A stretch of DNA of 64,000 bases from a virus (lineage: Duplodnaviria; Caudoviricetes): IMG/VR virus record IMGVR_UViG_3300049595_005065; one strand, written 5' to 3'. Shown here in pieces: positions 35,774-44,134 of this stretch; positions within the stretch are counted from its first letter, which is position 1; every line of letters starts with the position of its first letter. The notes under the pieces were generated by a model. It saw only the letters and a list, made by a program, of their open reading frames with translations. It was not told the DNA's origin and did not search any database. Both the position numbers and the translations under genes were made by a program.

Positions 35774-37699
35774 TCAGAACCCGCCGAAGAACCTGTCGCC
35801 CAGGTCATCATCGGCCCAGTTGTCCGGGTTCTCGGCGGCTACAGTCTGAGCACTGAGCCGACCGAGCCCGGCGATCTCGGCGAAGTTCGGCAGGGCCTGG
35901 TTGATATGCCAGAGCGCGTTCGTGCCGAAGTTCACGCTCTGGGCGAAGTCGTCCGAGAGCAGCACGTTCCGGGTGATCGTGTAGATGTCCCCGGATGACC
36001 GCGACTCGGTCTTGTTCTCGATGAGAGACAGGAAGTCGGCGATCAGTCCCGGGTTATCCTGCGCGATCCAGTCGTACTGAAAGAACCTGACCTGCTTGAG
36101 CTTGATCGCCTGACAGGTGTACAGGAGCGAACGCGTCTTGTCGAGCGAGTAATGCGCGCGGTGGTTGAACGCCGTGGGTGGCTTGTAAACCATTAGGTCC
36201 TGCGCCGCCGAGCGGCACAACCGAATCGCCATGACCCGGTCCAGGTTGAAACCCGCCTGGACCATCACTGTTTCGCGCACGGTTCCGGCGCCGGTGTAAT
36301 CGTGCGTGACAAAGTCGCACCGAAACATCTGCGAGTACTTCATGCACTCGACAGCTTCGGCCAGGTGTTCGCCGCCCAACATGAGCCGCTTGCCCCAGAG
36401 CACGTCGATCACGCCGTCGTGGCGGAAGCCCAAAATCGAGATCACCGTAAAGGAAACGCCCTCTTCGCCGCCGCCGCCCCAGTCGATTGCCAGGATCCGA
36501 TGCTTGTATTCGTCAAGATCTTTGAGGCACTCGGGCTCAGGCTCGCGCTTGTTCTCCCAAGGGAGCAGGCAGGCATTGCGCAGGTCGGTCTCTGTGACGA
36601 GCTTCTGCCCGGCGTCAATCGATTCGCCGAGCACCTCGTTGTAGAACTGCGCCTGCGTGTAGTTAAAACCTTCGCGCTTTTGAAGCAACGTCGCCCACTT
36701 GTCGGGATCGGCGTAGTGGAGCGGCAGTAGCAACTGCGGCACGTGATAACCCGCGAAGTTCCATCGGCGATCCGGATGCCGATGCACCCAGCGGCCGTGC
36801 CTCGGATTAATCGGCTTTTGGCACTTGGCGCAAACCGTGGCGGGAGCCTTCTCGCTGATGTCGTCCCGGTATGGGCCGATCATTGCGTCGAGGTCGTGCT
36901 CACGAGACGGGATGTTCCAGTGCCGACAGTGCGTGCATGGAATGAACCACTCGGCCGCCGAGCTGCGCTGGTACAGACCCTCGAGCGGGTTGTCCAGCGT
37001 CTTCGGAGTGCCAGTGAAATGGCTCATCGCAAAACGGGAATACGACATCGTCTCCTGGATAATCGGAATGTGGTCGGGGTCCATGTCCTGGACTTCGTCG
37101 ATGCACATCCGGTCGCTGGACACACCGCGCACCCGGTCCGCGTCGAGCATCGCGTAGCTGAACAGCATCATGCTCTTGTTCTTGAACGAACGTTGAAGCA
37201 CGTTGTTGTCGGTTTCGCTGCCGCACCACTGCGCCTTGATCGGGCTCTGCTCAATGAAGCTCCGCACGTAGTTGTTTGAGAAGCGGCGGATCTGCTCAAA
37301 GAGCGGCGTGACGTACAGCGTTTTGAAGAACGGAATCGAGTTGGCTACCACCACACCATGCGCCGCCAACGAGGTGGATTTTGAAAGCTGGCGCCCCGTC
37401 TTCCAGACCTGGCTCTTTGGCATCAGCACCCTGAACAGGGGCGCAAAGGGAAAGTGGTCGTGGATCGAGTACGGCTTGCCGTTCAGGTTCAGCACCAACG
37501 GTAGGATTGGCTCCAGAGACGGAAACGCACGCTGCTCGGCCAGCGCCTTGAGCACCTGCGTCCGCTCATTTGCAGACTTCTGGTCGGTCACGTTAATACC
37601 GGCCAGTTCTTCAAGCAGCGCCCGAACCCCGGTACCGGGAACTTTGTGCGCTGCAATATCTAGCGGGTTCACCGCCCGCGTATCTATCGATGGTGACAT
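35774..37699 (-). CDS. terL: terminase large subunit, lambda gpA-like (ATPase + Zn motif + RuvC-like nuclease)
   Basis: KTGRQLSKST (Walker A region), LYVTP, CIDEVQD (Walker B), GTPKT, CTHC/CAKC, ILAIDWGGG nuclease motif. Confidence 0.85.
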   Translation of the reverse strand: MSPSIDTRAVNPLDIAAHKVPGTGVRALLEELAGINVTDQKSANERTQVLKALAEQRAFPSLEPILPLVLNLNGKPYSIHDHFPFAPLFRVLMPKSQVWKTGRQLSKSTSLAAHGVVVANSIPFFKTLYVTPLFEQIRRFSNNYVRSFIEQSPIKAQWCGSETDNNVLQRSFKNKSMMLFSYAMLDADRVRGVSSDRMCIDEVQDMDPDHIPIIQETMSYSRFAMSHFTGTPKTLDNPLEGLYQRSSAAEWFIPCTHCRHWNIPSREHDLDAMIGPYRDDISEKAPATVCAKCQKPINPRHGRWVHRHPDRRWNFAGYHVPQLLLPLHYADPDKWATLLQKREGFNYTQAQFYNEVLGESIDAGQKLVTETDLRNACLLPWENKREPEPECLKDLDEYKHRILAIDWGGGGEEGVSFTVISILGFRHDGVIDVLWGKRLMLGGEHLAEAVECMKYSQMFRCDFVTHDYTGAGTVRETVMVQAGFNLDRVMAIRLCRSAAQDLMVYKPPTAFNHRAHYSLDKTRSLLYTCQAIKLKQVRFFQYDWIAQDNPGLIADFLSLIENKTESRSSGDIYTITRNVLLSDDFAQSVNFGTNALWHINQALPNFAEIAGLGRLSAQTVAAENPDNWADDDLGDRFFGGF

Positions 37700-37858
37700 A
37701 TGTCTCAATATCAGAACGGCGGTCGTTATCGCCAGTCAAAAAACGAGGGCGAACTGCAGTGGCTCGAAGACGGAATTCATATCCTGTTTTTCGTCGTCGG
37801 GGGTTCTGTGTCAACTTTGTTGCGTTGTTTGACGACGTTTCTTTTTGGCGCTCGCTAA
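37700..37858 (+). CDS. small membrane protein (absent from ORF track)
   Basis: 52 aa, one hydrophobic segment; its ATG abuts the terL ATG in CATATG. Confidence 0.45.
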   Translation: MSQYQNGGRYRQSKNEGELQWLEDGIHILFFVVGGSVSTLLRCLTTFLFGAR

Positions 37859-37935
37859 AAAGAGGCTGTAACAGCCGCTGCGCCTGGATGAGTATACTCA
37901 AGGGTGACTTGTCCGGGTCTTTTGGAGAACAAAGC

Positions 37936-38163
37936 ATGGCAAACATTGGGCACAGTGCAAAGCTGTATCAGGAGCGGCGACAACCGCAAATTCGGCCAAC
38001 GCTGCGCGGGCCTGGCCCGCAGATTTACTTGCCTGATAATGCGGCAAACCACCTCAAGTTAGAAGCGCCGCTACCGCTTCCCACACTGCTTCGCGATGAG
38101 CCTTGCAACCCGGCCGACACCAAGACGCAGGTGTGGCCACATGGAGATGAATACGCACCGTGA
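37936..38163 (+). CDS. hypothetical protein
   Basis: SD GGAG; 75 aa. Confidence 0.5.
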   Translation: MANIGHSAKLYQERRQPQIRPTLRGPGPQIYLPDNAANHLKLEAPLPLPTLLRDEPCNPADTKTQVWPHGDEYAP

Positions 38164-38348
38164 GTAACTCGACGGAATTTGTTGGTTCTTTTCTTTTTAT
38201 TGGTGGCGGATTATTGGCCGTCAGTACGCTCGGCTGGCTTTGCGGCATTCACACGTTTGTTGACTTTCTTGCCGCTGGTTTTGCGGTTTATATGCTGTTG
38301 CGGCTAACAAACGCTTTGGATGCCCAAAGCGCGCGACACCGGAGGTAA
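38160..38348 (+). CDS. small two-TM membrane protein
   Basis: Two hydrophobic helices. Confidence 0.6.
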   Translation: MSNSTEFVGSFLFIGGGLLAVSTLGWLCGIHTFVDFLAAGFAVYMLLRLTNALDAQSARHRR

Positions 38349-38350
38349 CC

Positions 38351-38764
38351 ATGCCCGCGCTGTTCGATTTTTGCGCGGTGGTCTTGGCAACGGGAGCAAT
38401 TATCGAATGCTGGCACAAAGGTTCGATCTTTGCTGATTTGCGCGCCCGGGCTCAGGCGCTCCAAGACGTGACCGACCCAGACACGATCAAAGGCAAACTG
38501 CTGGAGCTGCTGATGTGCCCGTTTTGCAAGAGCTACCACGCGCCGTTTTGGTTGCTCGGTGTGCTCTTGCTGTCCGACTGGACGGGCGCTACGATCGGCC
38601 TTTTGGCGCGCCTTGTGATCTACTCGCTCGCGGCGACGCGGGCTTCAAATTTGTTGGACGGTTTTTTGCCGCCCCGTATGCGTTACGACCCGCCTTTTGA
38701 AGGAGAAACCTATGTCCCAGTCCGAGAATCCGTCGGAGATTCAGCCCGAACGCCTGCCGTTTGA
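38351..38764 (+). CDS. DUF1360-like membrane protein
   Basis: ELLMCPFCKSYH flanked by TM segments; SD GGAGGT. Confidence 0.65.
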   Translation: MPALFDFCAVVLATGAIIECWHKGSIFADLRARAQALQDVTDPDTIKGKLLELLMCPFCKSYHAPFWLLGVLLLSDWTGATIGLLARLVIYSLAATRASNLLDGFLPPRMRYDPPFEGETYVPVRESVGDSARTPAV

Positions 38765-39095
38765 CGTCGAGCTGTACAAGCGCGCCGAAGAGTTTTGCAA
38801 CGCCGCGCTGACTGCCGTGCCCGAGCTGCACGGCATCGCTATTGTCCCGCTTTGGAACGGCCCCATGACGGAAGCACCACCCGGCATGGTCCGCTTGCGC
38901 AACCCGCAGCCGCCCTACCTCCCGAGCCTGATGCAGCTGCTCAAGCGCATGGCTGCGTTTAACGTCGAAGTTCATCGCGACCTGGTAAATCAGCTCCAGA
39001 TGTACGACCGTTACGCCGCTGAGCTGGCTCAGCAGATCAAGGCGCGACAGGACGAGCTCGCTGCTGCGCAGCAGGCAGGTTCAACCAATGCCTGA
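38712..39095 (+). CDS. hypothetical coiled-coil protein
   Basis: SD AAGGAG. Confidence 0.7.
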   Translation: MSQSENPSEIQPERLPFDVELYKRAEEFCNAALTAVPELHGIAIVPLWNGPMTEAPPGMVRLRNPQPPYLPSLMQLLKRMAAFNVEVHRDLVNQLQMYDRYAAELAQQIKARQDELAAAQQAGSTNA

Positions 39096-39390
39096 TCCAA
39101 ACCAATTGACTACCGAAATCAGCGTCGGCGCCGACAATGAGACGCTCGTCGATTTCCTGGAAAACCAATACGGGAAACTCGAGGCAGGCGAGGCCCGCGC
39201 CGCGTTGGAGGATCAGTATTCAACCGTCTGGAATGAAGACGAGTTGCAGGCTGCGTTTTCGGTGCACGAGATCGTGCCGCCGTACGTTTACGTCGTTCAC
39301 AAAGAAAGCGGCCAGACCGGCACGCTGATTTACGTGGACAGCCCGCGGTTCTACTTCCTGTTCAACCCCGAGATCAAAAATGGCGAGTGA
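39088..39390 (+). CDS. conserved phage hypothetical protein
   Basis: W..DEL...F.V..I.PPYV.V..K..GQ.GTL.Y...PRFYF. Confidence 0.7.
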   Translation: MPDPNQLTTEISVGADNETLVDFLENQYGKLEAGEARAALEDQYSTVWNEDELQAAFSVHEIVPPYVYVVHKESGQTGTLIYVDSPRFYFLFNPEIKNGE

Positions 39391-39838
39391 AGGACGGCAC
39401 CACTTCGACACCGGCGCAGTTCGTTCGGCGGACGTCGACGAGGAGCGCTGGGATCTGATCAGCCCGATCGGCTTGCGGGCCCTGGCCCGGACCTATGCCG
39501 AGGGCGCCCGGAAGTTCGGCGCGAACAACTGGGAGAACGGCATGCCCGTCACGGACCTGCTCAACCATGCGCTCGCTCACGTCTACAAGTTCTTGGCGGG
39601 CGACCGTGCGGAAGACCACCTTCCCCACGCTGCTTGGAACATCCTGGGCGCCATCCACTCGCTGGAGCAGTGGCCGGAACTGAATGAGGGCTTGCTGCGT
39701 GGGCCAGGCTGTACTTGCCCGCCCGCCGCCGCGGAGCTCTCGGCTAACGGTGAAAAGATATCTTTGGGCCCGGATGAGGTCAGGCAGCGGCTGGAGCAGC
39801 TTTCAAAGAAGCAGCCCAGCTACACCAGCTCAACCTGA
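39380..39838 (+). CDS. dATP/dGTP diphosphohydrolase domain protein (DUF5664)
   Basis: FDTGAVRS..RWDLI...EGARKFGANNWENG...EDHLPHAAWN. Confidence 0.85.
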   Translation: MASEGRHHFDTGAVRSADVDEERWDLISPIGLRALARTYAEGARKFGANNWENGMPVTDLLNHALAHVYKFLAGDRAEDHLPHAAWNILGAIHSLEQWPELNEGLLRGPGCTCPPAAAELSANGEKISLGPDEVRQRLEQLSKKQPSYTSST

Positions 39839-40750
39839 TCATTCGAGGTTGCCCTCCGCGTCAGCGCCCTTGAACTTCGAATCAGGCGTCAAGCGCGGAA
39901 TCTTGTCGCATGGCATATCGGTCCGCACGATTCGCGGATCGATATACTTCCGCGTCACCGAGGAGTTCGAGTGGTCCAGCAGCCGCGTCGCGTCGCCGCC
40001 TGCCTGCTCAAAGTAGGTTGCGACGGTGCGCCGGATGCGGTGGAACTTGCTGCGCTGGTCCCGCGGCAGCCCGGCCTGTTTGAGGATGTAGTTCAGCTTG
40101 TAGTAGATGTGCGTCGACCACTGCGGCCACTCGAAGACCAGCGCTCGCTGGGGCCGCCCCTCGGTGAGCTGACGGATCGTCGCCGTCGTGTCGGGCGCCA
40201 GCTCGAACAGCAGATCGCGCATCTTGTTCTTGCGCAGCTCGGCGGGGATGACCAGCACACCACGGTTCAAGTCGAGGTTGCGAACCCGCACACCCATCAG
40301 CGCGCCGATGCGTTCGCCCGTGTCCCAGATGGCCAGGATCAGTCCGCGCCACCAGAGGCTCGCCGGATAGTCGCCGACCTTGTAATTGAGCGCTGCGACG
40401 GCAGCCATGATGCGGGACATCTCTTCGATGGTCCACGCCTGCGGAACGCGCTCGGGAACCCGAATAGGCGGTAGAGTCGGAAAATCCGCTGTCTTGTGCC
40501 TTCTCGCCGCAAGGTTCCACAGCGCAGCGATCTGCGACCTATCCTTGGCTACCGTCCCCTGGCTTGCGCCCCTGGCAAGTCTTGCGCGCAGGAACTTCCC
40601 CACCGCGATGTCGGTGAGGTCGTCAAACGTGGGCGTGTGCCCAAGAAACTCACGGAAGCGATCGAGGGTTTGACGGTACAGCTCTGCGGTCCGCGGCGAC
40701 ACGTTGCGCAGCGGAACGTACACATCGTTCAACCAGTCGTAAAGGTCCAT
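39839..40750 (-). CDS. int: tyrosine recombinase/integrase
   Basis: Catalytic residues present: DTGER (R), KNK (K), FHRIRR (HxxR), LDH (H), RKY (Y); N-terminal SAM-like domain. Confidence 0.9.
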   Translation of the reverse strand: MDLYDWLNDVYVPLRNVSPRTAELYRQTLDRFREFLGHTPTFDDLTDIAVGKFLRARLARGASQGTVAKDRSQIAALWNLAARRHKTADFPTLPPIRVPERVPQAWTIEEMSRIMAAVAALNYKVGDYPASLWWRGLILAIWDTGERIGALMGVRVRNLDLNRGVLVIPAELRKNKMRDLLFELAPDTTATIRQLTEGRPQRALVFEWPQWSTHIYYKLNYILKQAGLPRDQRSKFHRIRRTVATYFEQAGGDATRLLDHSNSSVTRKYIDPRIVRTDMPCDKIPRLTPDSKFKGADAEGNLE

Positions 40751-41206
40751 GAAAATACCCGGGTTTACAGCGGCGCATGTTCACGGCATCAGCTCCTGTG
40801 CGCTGGTGGGTGCAGTATGGCACTGCGATCCGAGTAGGGTTTCTGCCTACCCCACACATTGCACAAGTATCGGCAGCCAAAACCGTGAAGTTTCGACAGC
40901 CATCCGTGTCGGCACCCAGCCTGGGTTATCCGGAGTAGGCCGCGTAAACGACCGACTCACCATCATGGATACAACCGGAACATCCGGCCAAAAAAGTTTT
41001 TGATCTGAGGTGAAAGCTTCAACTTTCTCTCAAGATCGGAAGATTGTCCTCTCCGTTCGAACCGCCCACAAGGGTGGAAGAGTCGGATATTCCCTTATCC
41101 GTTCCACCCAGAAGAGGCGGAAAACGGGCCTTTCCTGGCCCGGCGCGACCGGTACGCGCGCTTTCAAGCGCGCAATTCTAGCTCTCCGTTTCTAACGTTC
41201 AATCCC

Positions 41207-41464
41207 ATGCCGAAGAAAAACTCTGCAGCGGGAGTGGGGCTGAAGATCCAGGGCACGTTCGTGTCCACGGCGCAGGCAGCCGAGATGCTCGGCTACTCGC
41301 ACCGGAGCGGCACCGTCAATCGCCTCATCGAAGAGGGGCTCATCGAAGCGGAGCACGGCCCAGGCCGGAGCTTGCTGGTGTACGTCGATTCCGTGCACGC
41401 CTATCGCGAGCACCACCTCAAGAATCGCCACGGGCCGGGTCGCCCGCGGGGCCTGCAGCTCTAA
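41207..41464 (+). CDS. excisionase-like winged-HTH protein (HTH_17/MerR-like)
   Basis: VSTAQAAEMLGYS...VNRLIEEGLIEA; divergent from int. Confidence 0.7.
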   Translation: MPKKNSAAGVGLKIQGTFVSTAQAAEMLGYSHRSGTVNRLIEEGLIEAEHGPGRSLLVYVDSVHAYREHHLKNRHGPGRPRGLQL

Positions 41465-41504
41465 CGCAGGCCGCTTTTCACAGCATTAAGTGAAACATTT
41501 TCCT

Positions 41505-41537
41505 GGCGCCCCTTCTTTGAGGGCGCCCTTGTTTCTT
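41505..41537 (+). terminator. probable intrinsic terminator
   Basis: GGCGCCC...GGGCGCC stem followed by CTTGTTTCTT. Confidence 0.5.
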
Positions 41538-41643
41538 GCGTTTCACAGATTACTGTGGAACCAGATTTGACGCTGCGCACTGGAGTGCGCGGTTATCCCT
41601 CAAGCCAACCATGAAGGTTCTTTCTCGTACGCGGAGTTTTTCC

Positions 41644-42048
41644 ATGCCCTTCAAGACCTACCGGCCCAGCAAGGCCGACGCCGCCCGTGCCGTTGCCGCC
41701 CAGCTCAAGGCCGAAGGCAAGCCCGTGCGCCCGAAGACGGTGCTCGAGATCCTCGCCAAGCGCGGCATCGTGATGGACCCCGGCCAGTGCTCGGTGATCA
41801 CCGGCGAGTTCCGCAAGCGCCGCAAGCGCACCTGGACGCGCCGGGCCCCGAAGGTCCGGGCAGTGTCCAGCAACGGCCGCGCGACCCAGTCCAACGGCAA
41901 CGGCGCGCCCGGCGGCTGCACCCCTGCCAAGGTCTACAATCACCTCGTGCTCGCCGCGCAGTTCGCCAAGAGCTGCGGCGATATCCACAAGGCCCGACAG
42001 GCGCTGGCCGACCTGGCCACGATCGTCGATCCGTTCGTCAAGTCCTGA
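41644..42048 (+). CDS. basic HTH-like putative DNA-binding protein (paralog A)
   Basis: SKADAARAV...VRPKTVLEILAKRGI...L.LAAQFAKSCG. Confidence 0.65.
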   Translation: MPFKTYRPSKADAARAVAAQLKAEGKPVRPKTVLEILAKRGIVMDPGQCSVITGEFRKRRKRTWTRRAPKVRAVSSNGRATQSNGNGAPGGCTPAKVYNHLVLAAQFAKSCGDIHKARQALADLATIVDPFVKS

Positions 42049-42092
42049 TCTGATTTCACACATCACCGTAAAATACCCCCAGAGGATCCCCT

Positions 42093-42830
42093 ATGTCCGA
42101 CACCGAAGTCGACCCCATCTGGGACGCCACCGAGCCGTTTGCCGAGCAGACGCGCCCGGAACCCAAGTCATCCAGGAAGAAGAAGTCCGGCACGGAGGCC
42201 GAGATCGACCTGCCCGAAACCGACGAGCTGCCCGAGCCGGTGGAACCCGGCGAGCTGATCGATGGTTCAGAGGACGATCTTTCCGCGCTTGAGGAGTTGT
42301 CGAAAGACGCTCCGCTCGAGGTCGCTGTTGACCTCGAAGAACGTGCCCGCGGCAACGCTGAGAAAGCGGCTGTCCGCAAGAGGAGTGAACCCATGTCCGA
42401 AGAGAAGACCAAGACCAAGGCCGAGTGGATTCGCGACGAGATCGCTCAGCGCAAGGCCGACGGCGCCGAGACCATCCGCCCCCGCGACATTATCGCGGCG
42501 CTGGCGGAGAAGGGCGTTACGGTCACCGCCCCGCAGGTCAGCGTGACGCTGCGCGACTTTGACAAGCCGAAGACGGACAAGCCCGCTAAGACCATCAAGT
42601 CGGGCAAGCTGGCTGCGGCGACCAAGGCCGTAGAAAAGGCCAAGGCGCGGGAGCCCAAGCGTGCCACGGCCAAGGTTAGCGCCGTTGCGGCAAAGCCCGC
42701 GCCCGCGGCCAACAGGCCGTCTTACGAGGCGCTGGAAGCCGCGGCAGACTTCGTGAAGGGGAGCGGCGGCCTGGATACGGCCCGCCAGCTTCTCGACGCC
42801 TACGCGAAGCTGTTCAACCCGGCTGGTTGA
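42093..42830 (+). CDS. HTH-like putative DNA-binding protein with acidic N-terminus and K/A-rich linker (paralog B)
   Basis: TKAEWIRDE...IRPRDIIAALAEKGVTVTAPQVS...LEAAADFVKGSGG. Confidence 0.65.
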   Translation: MSDTEVDPIWDATEPFAEQTRPEPKSSRKKKSGTEAEIDLPETDELPEPVEPGELIDGSEDDLSALEELSKDAPLEVAVDLEERARGNAEKAAVRKRSEPMSEEKTKTKAEWIRDEIAQRKADGAETIRPRDIIAALAEKGVTVTAPQVSVTLRDFDKPKTDKPAKTIKSGKLAAATKAVEKAKAREPKRATAKVSAVAAKPAPAANRPSYEALEAAADFVKGSGGLDTARQLLDAYAKLFNPAG

Positions 42831-42846
42831 CCAAGCCTTCCTGTCG

Positions 42847-42960
42847 CCTGCGGAGCCGGTGTCCGGCGCGTGTCACCACACGTCTGCCCCACCCGGCCCG
42901 GCTCCGCAGGTCCCTTGATGCGGGCACTCTGCCCACTCGCGCGGCTTATCTGGCCGCGCT
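42847..42960 (+). ncRNA. multi-stem intergenic leader
   Basis: Perfect 13-bp stem CCTGCGGAGCCGG/CCGGCTCCGCAGG, plus three smaller hairpins. Confidence 0.4.
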
Positions 42961-42975
42961 GCCCACGGAGGTTCT

Positions 42976-43257
42976 ATGCCTACAGCATGCCCCCTGCGCC
43001 CACAACGCGCTTATACGCCGATGATCATGGCCGAGGGGACCATCAAACGCATTCATGTAAACCAGCACATTATCAAAGCCAACGTCTCCAACCAAACCGA
43101 CGACCACGCGGTCACTGTCCAGTGGAAGGGCAAAAGCTACATCGGCCGCGACGTTGTCATTCGAGGCGCGAGCCAGGTGAAGCAGCGCATGCAGGTGCCT
43201 CTTTCCTGTGGCGCCCGCATCTGGATAGAGACCGTTGCAGAAGTGGAGATTTTATGA
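42976..43257 (+). CDS. conserved phage hypothetical protein
   Basis: IKRIHVNQHII...PLSCGARIWIET; the start may instead be 43027. Confidence 0.7.
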   Translation: MPTACPLRPQRAYTPMIMAEGTIKRIHVNQHIIKANVSNQTDDHAVTVQWKGKSYIGRDVVIRGASQVKQRMQVPLSCGARIWIETVAEVEIL

Positions 43258-43565
43258 GCCGTTATCACGAAACTCAGCGCGACGAGGACCTCGGCAGTTT
43301 GACCAACGCGCTGCAGTACCTCGACCAGATTCGCGCGACTTTTGGCGACGTGCTCGCTATTCCCGAAGTGGTCACTATCCAGGACGTCATGGCCATCGCC
43401 CTGGACACGACTAAGGGACCCCAACTCATCGGCGACGTCTGCAGCCGCGACGAGATTGTCTATATCCTTCGGGCCTTCGCCGACAACCCCTGCGGCGACC
43501 CGGCCCTGATTGCGCAGTACGCGCTCAACGACTATCGCGAAACCCAACTCACCAACAAGGAGTGA
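43254..43565 (+). CDS. hypothetical protein
   Basis: ATGA overlap, SD GGAG. Confidence 0.65.
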   Translation: MSRYHETQRDEDLGSLTNALQYLDQIRATFGDVLAIPEVVTIQDVMAIALDTTKGPQLIGDVCSRDEIVYILRAFADNPCGDPALIAQYALNDYRETQLTNKE

Positions 43566-43568
43566 CCC

Positions 43569-43931
43569 ATGTCACACATCGTGCAGATCAAGACGGAAGT
43601 GAAGGATGAAATGGCGGTTCGCGCCGCCTGCCTGCGCCTGAAGTGGGAGCAGCCCACGTTCGGCAAGTTCCGCGTGTTCGGCGTCGATCGCGAGGGCCTT
43701 GGGGTTAAGATCCCCAGCTGGCAGTTTCCGGCGGTCGTCAACCTGTCGACCGGCGCGCTCGACTACGACAACTACAACGGCAACTGGGGCGAGCAGCGGC
43801 TGCTCGACCAGTTCCTCCAGGCTTACACGGTCGAGAAGGCCAAGCTGGAGGCGGCCAAGATGGGCTATAGCGCGTTCGAGGAGACGCTCCCCGACGGTTC
43901 GATCAAACTCTCTGTCACTGTGGAGGCCTGA
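43569..43931 (+). CDS. DUF1257 (Ycf35-like) protein
   Basis: MSHIVQIKTEVKD...DNYNGNWGE...AYTVEKAKLEA.K.GY..EE...DGSIKL. Confidence 0.85.
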   Translation: MSHIVQIKTEVKDEMAVRAACLRLKWEQPTFGKFRVFGVDREGLGVKIPSWQFPAVVNLSTGALDYDNYNGNWGEQRLLDQFLQAYTVEKAKLEAAKMGYSAFEETLPDGSIKLSVTVEA

Positions 43932-43936
43932 CCAAC

Positions 43937-44125
43937 ATGAAGACCATCGAAATCATTGTTTCCCCCAAGGGCGAAACTAAGCTCGAAACCAAGGGCTTTG
44001 CCGGAGCGGGCTGCCAGGAGGCCACGCGGGCCCTCGAGGCAGCGCTCGGCGCGAAGACCGGAGAATCGCTGACCGGTGAGTATTACACCGAGGTCAACAC
44101 CAACCACCTCGACGTCCAGAACTAA
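43937..44125 (+). CDS. DUF2997 protein
   Basis: IEIIVSPKGETKLETKGFAGAGCQEATRALEAALG...TGEYY. Confidence 0.85.
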   Translation: MKTIEIIVSPKGETKLETKGFAGAGCQEATRALEAALGAKTGESLTGEYYTEVNTNHLDVQN

Positions 44126-44134
44126 GGAGGAACG

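Noticed and set aside
35774-37699. Intein or intron in the terminase
   Set aside because: Length and continuous motif order fit an uninterrupted gpA-type protein; no splicing motifs seen.
37889-37900. 12-bp palindrome TGAGTATACTCA as an operator
   Set aside because: Single copy, no cognate regulator evident; could be chance.
40749-41003. 84-aa + ORF opposite the integrase start
   Set aside because: Weak codon bias and no motif or SD; probably regulatory DNA. Counted only as a doubtful fourth CATG case.
41050-41080. GTTCGAACC as a tRNA-derived attP core
   Set aside because: No T-stem pairing on either strand, and no match to the window's tRNAs.
41476-41495. TTTCAC-N8-GTGAAA as a recombinase core site
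   Set aside because: Only 6-bp arms and a single occurrence; not distinguishable from chance.
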